Below are positions 1 through 8,238 of a stretch of DNA of 26,378 bases, one piece after another. Every line of letters starts with the position of its first letter. The first letter of the stretch is position 1. A model generated the notes under the pieces. The model worked only from the letters and a program-made list of their open reading frames with translations. It did not search any database and was not told where the DNA came from. The DNA is from Verrucomicrobiota bacterium (GTDB lineage: Bacteria > Verrucomicrobiota > Verrucomicrobiia > Limisphaerales > CANJXF01): the NCBI GenBank assembly GCA_038214755.1, contig JBBQRQ010000072.1, positions 1 through 26,378 on the forward strand. Direction: 5' to 3'. A program made the position numbers and the translations under genes.

Positions 1-137
1 CCCCAAAACCACCCCCCCCCCCCCCCCCCCCCCCGGCCGCGCTTTTGCCAACCCGGCTGGGCCACACGGGGCCTCGGCCCGCCGTCTCCCACCCCGCCGC
101 TCCGATGTATTGGCTTCCGCGTCTTAGCGTCTTTGCG

Positions 138-863
138 TTAATCCGTTTTTAATTCTCCATCTACCAACTCGATCACTCGCGGAGCGCGCGCCGCGAGTTT
201 CGCGTCGTGAGTCGCGATAACCAATGTCGCGTTTTGTTCCGCGCGCAACGAGCAAATCAAATCCATAATCTCCTCGCCCGTGTGCGAATCCAGATTGCCC
301 GTGGGTTCATCGGCCAAAATCAAATCCGGCTGGTTAATCAACGCGCGAGCGATGGCGACGCGTTGTTGTTCGCCGCCGGAAAGCTCGTAGGGCCGATGTT
401 CCAATCGTTCGCCCAGTCCAACGCGTTTCAACAATTCACGACCGCGCTCAGCCGTTTCGCTGCGGCCTGTTCGCGCCATCCGCGCGGGCAGACACACATT
501 TTCCAACGCGCTTAATTCCGGCAACAAATGATACGCTTGAAAAACAAACCCGACGCGGTCGTTGCGCAGGCGCGTGAGGTTCAGGTTGGAAAGTTGACCC
601 AGATTTTTTTGCGCGAAAAAAACTTCGCCGCGATTCGGCAAATCCAATCCGCCCAGCAAATGGAGCAGCGTGCTTTTGCCCGCGCCGGACGCGCCGCGCA
701 ACGCCAGAAAATCTCCCGCGTCCACTGACAGCGTGACATCGCGCAGCACTTCCAGTTTTCGTTTTCCCATCGTGTAAATTTTGTGAACGCCCCGCGCTTC
801 GAGCAGCGGATTTTGCTTTGGCGTCGGCGCGTTCACGCGGGAGTTTTCGCTCGTGTCATTCAT
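138..863 (-). CDS. lolD: Lipoprotein-releasing ABC transporter ATP-binding protein (LolD/MacB-type ATPase)
   Basis: Walker [20 protein letters not shown]-loop region, signature [14 protein letters not shown], Walker B/D-loop [13 protein letters not shown]-loop ATHD. Overlaps the stop of the upstream permease by 8 bp. Confidence 0.9.
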   Translation of the reverse strand: MNDTSENSRVNAPTPKQNPLLEARGVHKIYTMGKRKLEVLRDVTLSVDAGDFLALRGASGAGKSTLLHLLGGLDLPNRGEVFFAQKNLGQLSNLNLTRLRNDRVGFVFQAYHLLPELSALENVCLPARMARTGRSETAERGRELLKRVGLGERLEHRPYELSGGEQQRVAIARALINQPDLILADEPTGNLDSHTGEEIMDLICSLRAEQNATLVIATHDAKLAARAPRVIELVDGELKTD

Positions 864-2148
864 AGCGCAACGCCTCCACCGGTTGCAGCCGGCTCGCTTT
901 CCACGCGGGAAAGAGTCCGGCGAGAACGCACGTCAAAAAAGCGGTCCCGCAAATAATCGCTATGTCCGACCCTTGAATCGACGCGGGCAGTTCGCTGATT
1001 TGATAAATTTTCGCGGGCAACAATTCGAAACCCGTCAGCCGATTCATGAAGCGCAGAAATTCATTTCGATAATTCAACGCGAGCATCGCCATGCCGAAAC
1101 CCAATCCCACTCCGAGCACGCCGACAACGATACTTTGGCTCAAAAAAATCCAGAGCACCTGGCGATTGTTCGCGCCGAGCGCTTTGAGAATTCCGATCTC
1201 GCGCGTCTTCTGAACGACGAAAGTAATCTGGCAATTCACGATGCCGAAGCCAGCGACGATCATGATGAAGAAGAGCAAAAAAAACATCATGTTCTTCTCG
1301 ACGGCCAGCGCGTTGAAAATTTCCGGGCTTTCCTCCGACCACGTCAAAATGTCGAAGCTCGCGCCCAAGCTGGCGGTGAGTTGTTTGCGCACTGCGTCGG
1401 CTTGAAAGGGGTCGCGCAACATTACTTGCAAGCCGCGCACAGAATCTTCGGTGTATTCGTAAAGTTGCTGGGCGTTTTCCAGTGAAGTCGCAATGATCGA
1501 CGCGTTGTATTCTCCGTAGCCCACGTCGAAAATTCCGCGCACGGTGAATTCCTCCGGGAGAATCGCCTCGGCATTCGTCTGGCCGCGCGTGCGCTCCATT
1601 TTTTCCAAGCTGCTCGGCGAATAAACCACTACGCGATCGCCGACACTCAATTCCAAACCGCGCGCAAAATCCCGACCGACCACCAACCCTTGCCCGCTCA
1701 AATCAAATTCTCCCTCGACCACGCTCTTGGGCAAAACGCTCACGCCTTTTTCGAGTTGAGGATCAATCCCGCGCAGGAGCGGCGCGGCTACTTTTGGATT
1801 TCCCTCCGCCGGTTGCGTCTTGACCAAAACCTGTCCGGTAATAAACGGAGCGACGCCCGTGACATTTTGATTGGTGCTGACAATTTTGCGGACCGCGTCA
1901 AAATTCGTTAACGGAATTTCACGTCCGGTCGCGGGATCGAGTTGGGAAATTTTCAAATGCGCGTTGAAGCCGAGAATGCGATTGCGATATTCCTGGTCGA
2001 AGCCGCTCATCACACTGATGACGATGATCAACACTGCCACTCCAAGCATCACGCCGATGATGGAGATCACCGTAATGACCGACACGAAAGTCCGGCGTGG
2101 TCGTAGATAACGCAGCGCAAGAAAAGCCTCAAAGGGCAATCGTGACAT
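856..2148 (-). CDS. Lipoprotein-releasing ABC transporter permease, LolC/E (possibly LolF-type) family
   Basis: N-terminal ALRYLR..F.SVI..ISIIGVMLGVAVLIIVISVMSGF, large periplasmic domain, V.QKTREIGILKALGA, C-terminal [17 protein letters not shown]; coupled to lolD. Confidence 0.9.
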   Translation of the reverse strand: MSRLPFEAFLALRYLRPRRTFVSVITVISIIGVMLGVAVLIIVISVMSGFDQEYRNRILGFNAHLKISQLDPATGREIPLTNFDAVRKIVSTNQNVTGVAPFITGQVLVKTQPAEGNPKVAAPLLRGIDPQLEKGVSVLPKSVVEGEFDLSGQGLVVGRDFARGLELSVGDRVVVYSPSSLEKMERTRGQTNAEAILPEEFTVRGIFDVGYGEYNASIIATSLENAQQLYEYTEDSVRGLQVMLRDPFQADAVRKQLTASLGASFDILTWSEESPEIFNALAVEKNMMFFLLFFIMIVAGFGIVNCQITFVVQKTREIGILKALGANNRQVLWIFLSQSIVVGVLGVGLGFGMAMLALNYRNEFLRFMNRLTGFELLPAKIYQISELPASIQGSDIAIICGTAFLTCVLAGLFPAWKASRLQPVEALRYE

Positions 2149-2156
2149 GGGGCGAG

Positions 2157-2185
2157 AAATTAGACATGCCTGACAGAAGTGTCAA
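2157..2185 (-). promoter_or_regulatory. Sigma70-type promoter of the lol permease gene
   Basis: Minus strand TTGACA (2180-2185), 17-bp spacer, TAATTT (2157-2162), 8 nt before the ATG. Confidence 0.65.
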
Positions 2186-2204
2186 CGAACCGGCCGGTGC
2201 CGAG

Positions 2205-2224
2205 GTGATTCCAAGTGGCGGCCA
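2205..2224 (+). repeat. Direct repeat, copy 1 (GTGATTCCAAGTGGCGGcCA)
   Basis: 17 bp identical (19 of 20) to 3311-3330. Confidence 0.8.
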
Positions 2225-2228
2225 AAAC

Positions 2229-2333
2229 GTAGCCCAGGTTTCCAACCTGCTGCGTCGCCGATTTCCAGTCCGCAGAGCGTCAGACTCCGACTGCGCCCCA
2301 CTACCTGGCCAAGCGGAGCGGTGTCAAGATGCG
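2229..2333. repeat. Degenerate GTAG-type REP-like element
   Basis: Starts GTAG-CCCAGGTTTCCAACCTG (internal hairpin) and ends GCCCCACTAC (2295-2304), followed by AAGATGCG. The right end matches the element at 13990-14126 in reverse. Confidence 0.6.
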
Positions 2334-2356
2334 CACTGGACGGAGTGGAAATTGAC

Positions 2357-2376
2357 TTTGAACTTTGAAGTTCAAA
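2357..2376. promoter_or_regulatory. Inverted repeat, candidate operator upstream of the GrpE-like gene
   Basis: TTTGAACTT-tg-AAGTTCAAA (perfect 9-bp arms), overlapping a TTGAAG-N16-TACTCT promoter-like motif. Confidence 0.4.
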
Positions 2377-2398
2377 CTCCGCAATTTACTCTCGGCGC

Positions 2399-3268
2399 AT
2401 GACTGATCGTTTTAAAACCAACCTGGCCATCTGGCCTTTTGTCATCGTTGATATTTTTTTTCTCGGATTGGCTTATTTGATTTTTTCTCACGCGCATCGT
2501 CCTCTCATTTTCTGGGAAGCTCTGGCGCTGATCGTTTGCGCGAGCCTCGGCGCGTGGAGTTTTCTCACGCCCTTTTTGCGCCGGAACGACGCCGCCATGA
2601 GACTTGTTGAGGCGGAAAGTTTGACAACCACGGTGACGCAAATAAAAAATCTCGAACAAGTCGCCGCGCAAATCAGCAGCGCAACCAATTATTTAAAAAC
2701 AGCGGAGGACGAATCAAAGCAAACCGTCGCCGCCGCCAAAAACATTTCGGAAAAAATGGCGGAGGAAAGCCGCGCCTTCGGTGAGTTTTTGCAGAATGCG
2801 AACGATGTGGAGAAATCCCATTTGCGTTTGGAAGTGGAAAAGCTCCGTCGCAGTGAAGTCGATTGGATTCAAATTCTCGTCCACATTTTGGATCAGGTTT
2901 TTGCGTTGCATCAGGCGGCCGTTCGCTCGGGAAAAGTTCCACTCATTGAACAAATTGGAAATTTTCAATCCGTCTGCCGCGATACCGCCCGCCGCATTGG
3001 TCTGTCTTGTCATGTCCCCGAAACGCCACAAACTTTCGACGAGAAGCTGCATCAACTTTTGGACGGGCAACCTGCGCCCGAGCCGACCGCGCAGATCATG
3101 GAAGTTGTCGCCGCTGGTTACTCATATCAAGGCCGCGTTGTGCGCCGAGCGTTGGTTCGTTTGCAAAGCGAGACAGATTCTTCAGAAAATTCGGAGGGAC
3201 CGGCGGCGGAATCGAATTTTGTCGCCGAAGAAAAATCGACCGTCGCTACAGAGGAGACGTTGATTTAA
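2399..3268 (+). CDS. Membrane-anchored GrpE-like protein (two N-terminal TM helices, coiled coil, GrpE-like head domain)
   Basis: Two hydrophobic segments in the first ~60 aa, long helical region, then IGL..TFDEKLHQ...IMEVVAAGYSYQGRVVRRALVRL, resembling the GrpE FDP..H / GY...GR.LR.A.V.V motifs; acidic tail. Confidence 0.65.
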   Translation: MTDRFKTNLAIWPFVIVDIFFLGLAYLIFSHAHRPLIFWEALALIVCASLGAWSFLTPFLRRNDAAMRLVEAESLTTTVTQIKNLEQVAAQISSATNYLKTAEDESKQTVAAAKNISEKMAEESRAFGEFLQNANDVEKSHLRLEVEKLRRSEVDWIQILVHILDQVFALHQAAVRSGKVPLIEQIGNFQSVCRDTARRIGLSCHVPETPQTFDEKLHQLLDGQPAPEPTAQIMEVVAAGYSYQGRVVRRALVRLQSETDSSENSEGPAAESNFVAEEKSTVATEETLI

Positions 3269-3290
3269 CCCGAAACCGGGGCTGCAATCC

Positions 3291-3567
3291 CACAGAAGGA
3301 AACAGAGGGTGTGATTCCAAGTGGCGGTCACTGTGCGTGCTGTTGAAAGCAAGACGCTTGCGCGAATTTCGATGGCGCATGAACGGCGCGAAGCGTCTTG
3401 GAGTGCGCCAGCCCTCTGGCGCTCTTGTTCTGACCGCCAGTTTAAATCACACCCGAAACAGAGAGAACAAAGGGAAGGATTTTAAACTTATTCTAATTCG
3501 GTCGATTTTGGGCAACACCAGATTTCTGCAAACACTTCTTGCTTCGTTTTCTTCGTTTTCTTCTGTG
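3291..3567. repeat. Composite intergenic repeat region between convergent genes
   Basis: Left arm CACAGAAGGAAACAGAGGG (3291-3309) and right arm CTTCGTTTT-CTTCGTTTT-CTTCTGTG (3542-3567) are imperfect inverted 9-mer arrays. Inside: CAAGACGCTT/AAGCGTCTTG (3350-3359/3391-3400) and hairpin GCGCCAG-ccct-CTGGCGC (3405-3422). Confidence 0.65.
3311..3330 (+). repeat. Direct repeat, copy 2 (GTGATTCCAAGTGGCGGtCA)
   Basis: 17 bp identical (19 of 20) to 2205-2224. Confidence 0.8.
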
Positions 3568-3589
3568 AAATGAATTTCGGAAGTCAGGT

Positions 3590-6500
3590 CTAATCTTCTG
3601 AAACACTGACCGTTTTTTGCAGCGCCAAAAAATGCAGCCAACGTCGGGTGACCGGCCGTTGGTAAATTTTACCGAGCGCGTCCGAATACAAAATGACTTG
3701 TTGCCGATAATATTCCGTCCGCGTTTCCAAATCCGATTCCGTCATCTGATCGGTTTTGAAATCCAGCAGCCAAATCTCTTTCGGCAAAATCACGGCGATG
3801 TCGATCACCCCTTGCAACACCACAAATTCCCCGGTCAACGCTTCCACGTTTTTTCCCAGGTTCAGTTTTGCAAAATCGTTTCCGTCCAGTCGTGATGTGA
3901 AAGGATGTTCGCGATGCACATCTTCGGCATGTCCGAAAATTTGTTTGCCCACTACCGAATTCCAAAACGAAGCGATCGCCGCAAAATTCAGCGCAGCGAT
4001 CTCTTTTGCGCTGAGAATTCCACCTTGCCCGATCCGTTCTGCTTCCTGCCGCAAATCGGTTTCGTTGCCCATTTTTTCGAGCGAAACGAATTCGAGGAAA
4101 GTGTGATGAGCCGTTCCTGCTTCGCTGGCAGAAAGTTCGCGCGCCATGATTTCGGGAACAGTTCGCTTATCACGAAGCCGAAACAGAGGCTGGCCTTCTT
4201 CCTCGAGTTGATTCGCCTGACGACGCAGCGCGGAGACAGAAGTTTTAGCCGGCTCGCTCGCAGCTGCTGAGAACGGATAAACCCATTCAATTCGATTTTG
4301 CAAAGCGTGAAAATTTTCTGAAGAAATAGGTTGTTCGCTGGGCAAGACCGTTTTTAAGACGGTTTCATTTTCCACAACGAGTCGGGAATCGTTCTCGCCG
4401 TAAATCGTCCGACTCAGGAGCGGGTTTTGGCCCGACTCCGCCAAAGAATCGGTTTGCGCCAGCCACGGCCCTATCCAGTCGAGATAATTTTTCGCGTCGG
4501 AAATTTCCTGAACGTCGATGCCCCGTTCCGCCCGTTTCGGCCATTTTTCGGAGACGGCTTTTTGAGTCGTGGTTCCGAATAAAATCAATCGTTCGGCGGC
4601 GCGCGTCATGGCGACATAGAGGAGACGAATTTCTTCGCCGAGCGTTTCGGTTTTCTGCCGTCGCTGCGCCAACCAATAAGGCAAACTTGGATAAGTCTGG
4701 CGCGTGCCGGGCGGCATGACCTGCGCGCAAAGGCCGTAAGTCTCGTCGAGGATAATTTTTTCCTGTAGGTCGGAAAAATTAAACGGCTTGCCGAGATCCC
4801 CCACCACCACGACTGGAAATTCCAGGCCTTTGCTTTGGTGAATGCTCATCAGCCGAACGGAATCGCCGACCTCGACCGAGGCGGGTTCCAAATCGATTTC
4901 AGCGTCCTGCTGCGACTCGATGAAGCGAATAAACCGGAACAGACCTTGTCCTTCCAAAGCATCAAACTGGCGCGTCAATTTGAGGAGACGCTCAATATTG
5001 GCGCGGCGCTGTTCACCGCGTGCTTGGGCGAGCAGCCAATCGGGATAATGCGTTTCATCGAGAATCGTTTCCACGAGTTGGGCGAGCGACATTCTTTTTT
5101 TTGAGCGACGCCATTTTGCGAAGCGATTGAAAAAATAATCGATCTTCGCAAAAGCACTTTCGGAACTTTTTGTTTTTGAATTTTGTTCATGCCAACGAAG
5201 CAACGCTGTCCAAAATTTTGCGTGACGATTGGCCATTCGCACTTCGGCAAGTTCATCCAACGACAGGCCGACAAAGGGCGAACGCAGGACGGCGAGCACC
5301 GGTAGATCCTGTAGCGGATTGTCGAGCAGCCGGAGCAGATTCAAAATGTCGGTGACTTCGAGGCTGTCGTAAAAACCGGTGCGCGTCGTGGTCAGAGGAA
5401 TGCCGAGGCGCGCGAATTCTTTGGCGTAGGCTTCGGCTTTATTCCGGGGCGAGCGCAGCAAAATGACCATGTCGCTCCACTGCGCCGGTGGTTGTTTTCC
5501 GTCTTTCCAAATGAGCGACTGCCGCGTTTTAAATTCGCGCAGACGAACTGCGATCAAGCGCGCTTCTTTTTCGACGTTGGAAAGAGAATCCAGATTTGTC
5601 TCGGATGTTTCCTCATCAGTTCCGGTGACTCGCAAATGTAACTCCACTCGCGAGGCCGGATCAGCCGCGACCGTTAAATGGGTTCGTTCAATTCGATTCC
5701 CAAATTGCAACCTCGCTTCCTCGTCGTAATCGATCCCGCCGATTTCTTTTTTCATCACCGTCGAAAAAAGCGGGTTCACAAAATTCAAGATCGCTTCGTG
5801 ACTGCGAAAATTATCGGAAAGCGAAATAACTTCACCCGACGAATCCTTTTTCCAGCGACGTTCGTAGTCCAAGAAAATTCGCGGATTGGCCAGGCGAAAT
5901 CGGTAGATGCTTTGTTTGACATCGCCGACCAGAAAACGATTTGCTTTGTCTTTTTCGCGAGAGATCGCTTTCAAAATAGTGTCCTGCGCCTCGTTGATGT
6001 CCTGATATTCGTCCACCAGAACGAGCCGCAATCGTTCGCGCCAGCCCTCGGCGATGGCAGTCGGTTTCTTTCCTTTTCGATTCCACAAAAGTTCGAGCGC
6101 CAATTGTTCGAGATCATGGAAATCCACTGCCGCCCCCTCGCGTTTGGTCTTGGTGAATCTTTCGGCGAATTGCTGCGCAAGCTGCAAGAGCGCTCTGACC
6201 TGCGGTTTGACCCACTCCCAATCCTGCGCCAGCGGATCGATTCCATTTTCAAAAAGGCAAAGCGATTTTAGAAATTCGGCTTCGTCAAAAACTTTTTTAA
6301 TCGGCTCGCGGCAAGCAGTTTTTCTGCGCGGTGGCCACAACGAATCATGATCGGTGGAGAGAATTTCCTCGAACACCACTCCAGCCTCGACGCGTTTGGT
6401 TTCGCCGGAAATCCGTTCTATCGCCGCGGCGCACTTTTGCGCGGGAGCGTTTGCCTTTTCCTGCGCGCGCAAAACGGGCAGCCACCAGTTTTTCCAGCGA

Positions 6501-7147
6501 AGCAATTCTTCGGAAAAAAACTTTTCCCAATGGGTCGGTTCGTTTTCTTCGAGGCTGGAAAATTGTTGCGCAAACCATCCCGCCGGGTCAGGCAACGTCT
6601 GGGTGTAAACATGAATTTTTTCCACAAGCTCACGGATCGGTTTGTCCCAGCCGTGGCCTTGCTCGGAAACGAGACGCTGCACCGGTTCGGCAATGGGATT
6701 TTTTCCCTCGTAAATTTCCTGCATCAAGCCATCGAGAACATCGCGCGCGAGGAGTTGGCCGTTTTCTTCAGGCAAAATATTTACCTGCGGATCCAATTCC
6801 AGTTCGTAAAAATGTTCGCGGACGAGTTGAAAACAAAAACTGTGCAAAGTGCAAATGCGCGCGCTGTCCAGCAGCGCGATCTGTTCGGCGAGATGCGCAT
6901 TGTCCGGTTCCTCGCGGTATTTTTCCTCCAGACTTTCTCGGATCCGTTTGCGCATCTCAGCGGCGGCGGCTTCGGTGAAGGTGACCATCAGGATTTTGTC
7001 GAGCGATCCTGGATTTTTCTTATCCAACAAAAAAGCGAGACACCGTTGCACGAGCGTGCGGGTCTTGCCGGCGCCCGCGCCAGCGACCACCAGGATATTC
7101 CCAACAGAGGCGATAGCTTTTTGCTGATTGGCAGTGGGCGCATTCAT
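3590..7147 (-). CDS. addA: ATP-dependent helicase/nuclease subunit A
   Basis: UvrD-type SF1A motifs AGAGAGKT, VTFTEAAAAEM, LVDEYQD, VGDVKQSIYRFR, NFRS, MSIHQSKGLEF, EEIRLLYVAMTRA; C-terminal RecB-type nuclease QGVID...LLDFKTD..Y..Q..LY. Confidence 0.93.
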   Translation of the reverse strand: MNAPTANQQKAIASVGNILVVAGAGAGKTRTLVQRCLAFLLDKKNPGSLDKILMVTFTEAAAAEMRKRIRESLEEKYREEPDNAHLAEQIALLDSARICTLHSFCFQLVREHFYELELDPQVNILPEENGQLLARDVLDGLMQEIYEGKNPIAEPVQRLVSEQGHGWDKPIRELVEKIHVYTQTLPDPAGWFAQQFSSLEENEPTHWEKFFSEELLRWKNWWLPVLRAQEKANAPAQKCAAAIERISGETKRVEAGVVFEEILSTDHDSLWPPRRKTACREPIKKVFDEAEFLKSLCLFENGIDPLAQDWEWVKPQVRALLQLAQQFAERFTKTKREGAAVDFHDLEQLALELLWNRKGKKPTAIAEGWRERLRLVLVDEYQDINEAQDTILKAISREKDKANRFLVGDVKQSIYRFRLANPRIFLDYERRWKKDSSGEVISLSDNFRSHEAILNFVNPLFSTVMKKEIGGIDYDEEARLQFGNRIERTHLTVAADPASRVELHLRVTGTDEETSETNLDSLSNVEKEARLIAVRLREFKTRQSLIWKDGKQPPAQWSDMVILLRSPRNKAEAYAKEFARLGIPLTTTRTGFYDSLEVTDILNLLRLLDNPLQDLPVLAVLRSPFVGLSLDELAEVRMANRHAKFWTALLRWHEQNSKTKSSESAFAKIDYFFNRFAKWRRSKKRMSLAQLVETILDETHYPDWLLAQARGEQRRANIERLLKLTRQFDALEGQGLFRFIRFIESQQDAEIDLEPASVEVGDSVRLMSIHQSKGLEFPVVVVGDLGKPFNFSDLQEKIILDETYGLCAQVMPPGTRQTYPSLPYWLAQRRQKTETLGEEIRLLYVAMTRAAERLILFGTTTQKAVSEKWPKRAERGIDVQEISDAKNYLDWIGPWLAQTDSLAESGQNPLLSRTIYGENDSRLVVENETVLKTVLPSEQPISSENFHALQNRIEWVYPFSAAASEPAKTSVSALRRQANQLEEEGQPLFRLRDKRTVPEIMARELSASEAGTAHHTFLEFVSLEKMGNETDLRQEAERIGQGGILSAKEIAALNFAAIASFWNSVVGKQIFGHAEDVHREHPFTSRLDGNDFAKLNLGKNVEALTGEFVVLQGVIDIAVILPKEIWLLDFKTDQMTESDLETRTEYYRQQVILYSDALGKIYQRPVTRRWLHFLALQKTVSVSED

Positions 7148-7273
7148 AGGAGGAATGGGTCGATTAAAAAATCATTGGGCGAACAAAATTGGATCGTGGC
7201 ATATGCGCTGCTCTGTCAGTTGGCAGGATAGAAATCGAAGAATGTTTGTCCAACATTATGACGTTTCGCTCCG

Positions 7274-8134
7274 ATGAATATGACCAAAACCAGCATGCTG
7301 ACAGATGGGGAATTTGATACCCAATCATTCCATAACACTACTCTCGCGGTTCCTGCCGCGCCGGCGCTCGAAGCGATGAAAAAATCTCCGCGCGGCCCGT
7401 TTGAATTTCGGGTCCATTTATCGGGCGAAGTAATGTACGAACTGGAAGTTTCCGATGACCTGAAGAATTGGACGCCTCTCGAATCTGGAATTGCGTCGGT
7501 GGAATCCATTGTTTACGTGGATGTCGATGCCGAAAAATTCACTTCCCGTTTTTACCGCGCCATTTGTGACGAGTTTATCTCCGAAAATATTATTGGCTAC
7601 GCGTCAGTCGATCTGGCTCCAGGTTTTTCGATGATTGCCAATCCTTTCAATGCCCGCTCCAACGCGATCTCCGCTTTGTTTCCGCAAATGATCGAGGGAG
7701 TAACGTTGTGTAAATTCGACACAAACTTATTTCGCCTCACCAATAACTCTGTAAAAAACAAGCAGTGGACCAATCCAAACGAAACACTTGTCCCCGGCGA
7801 AGGCGCGATTTTTTTCAATCCGACCGACAGTTCAAAAATCGTGGAGTTCGTCGGAGAAGTGAGTCAGGGCTGCGTGTTGAATCCTATCCCGGCTGGACTT
7901 TCAATCCGTAGTTCCGTCGTGCCAAAATCCGGCGGCTTGCAATCCGATCTTGGGTTTCCCATTGCTGCAGGCGACGTCGTCCATATTTTCGATCGGGTTG
8001 AACAAAAATATAAACTTTATCCATTCTCCGCCAGTGGGTGGGAAAGCAGTCCGCCACTGGTGAGCGTGGGCGAATCTTTTTGGATTGCGAAAACTCAAGC
8101 AGGTAATTGGATGACAAATTATCCGAAAAGTTAG
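7274..8134 (+). CDS. Hypothetical protein, beta-rich, no obvious signal peptide
   Basis: Clean 286-aa ORF filling the addA-addB gap; contains YELEVSDDLKNWTPL...D......RFYRA and two related units (GFSMIANP..PGEGAIF / GLSIRSS..VGESFWI). Confidence 0.75.
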   Translation: MNMTKTSMLTDGEFDTQSFHNTTLAVPAAPALEAMKKSPRGPFEFRVHLSGEVMYELEVSDDLKNWTPLESGIASVESIVYVDVDAEKFTSRFYRAICDEFISENIIGYASVDLAPGFSMIANPFNARSNAISALFPQMIEGVTLCKFDTNLFRLTNNSVKNKQWTNPNETLVPGEGAIFFNPTDSSKIVEFVGEVSQGCVLNPIPAGLSIRSSVVPKSGGLQSDLGFPIAAGDVVHIFDRVEQKYKLYPFSASGWESSPPLVSVGESFWIAKTQAGNWMTNYPKS

Positions 8135-8149
8135 AAACGGTTTTAAGTC

Positions 8150-8222
8150 GTAGCCGCTGACGTAAAGAGGCGGATTCTCGGGTCTCTCTAATCGAAATCC
8201 GCCTCCTCACGTCGGCGGCTAC
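8150..8222. repeat. GTAG-type REP-like palindrome between convergent genes (may act as a terminator)
   Basis: GTAGCCGCTGACGTAAAGAGGCGGATT ... AATCCGCCTCCTCACGTCGGCGGCTAC: ~27-bp near-complementary arms, each with an internal hairpin. Confidence 0.85.
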
Positions 8223-8238
8223 CATCGTTTCGGCTCCC

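Noticed and set aside
1..110. Poly-C tract and very C/G-rich sequence at the window start (possible G-quadruplex or phase-variable tract)
   Set aside because: It is at the sequence edge and unlike the rest of the window; most likely a low-quality read end or assembly artefact. Read coverage would be needed.
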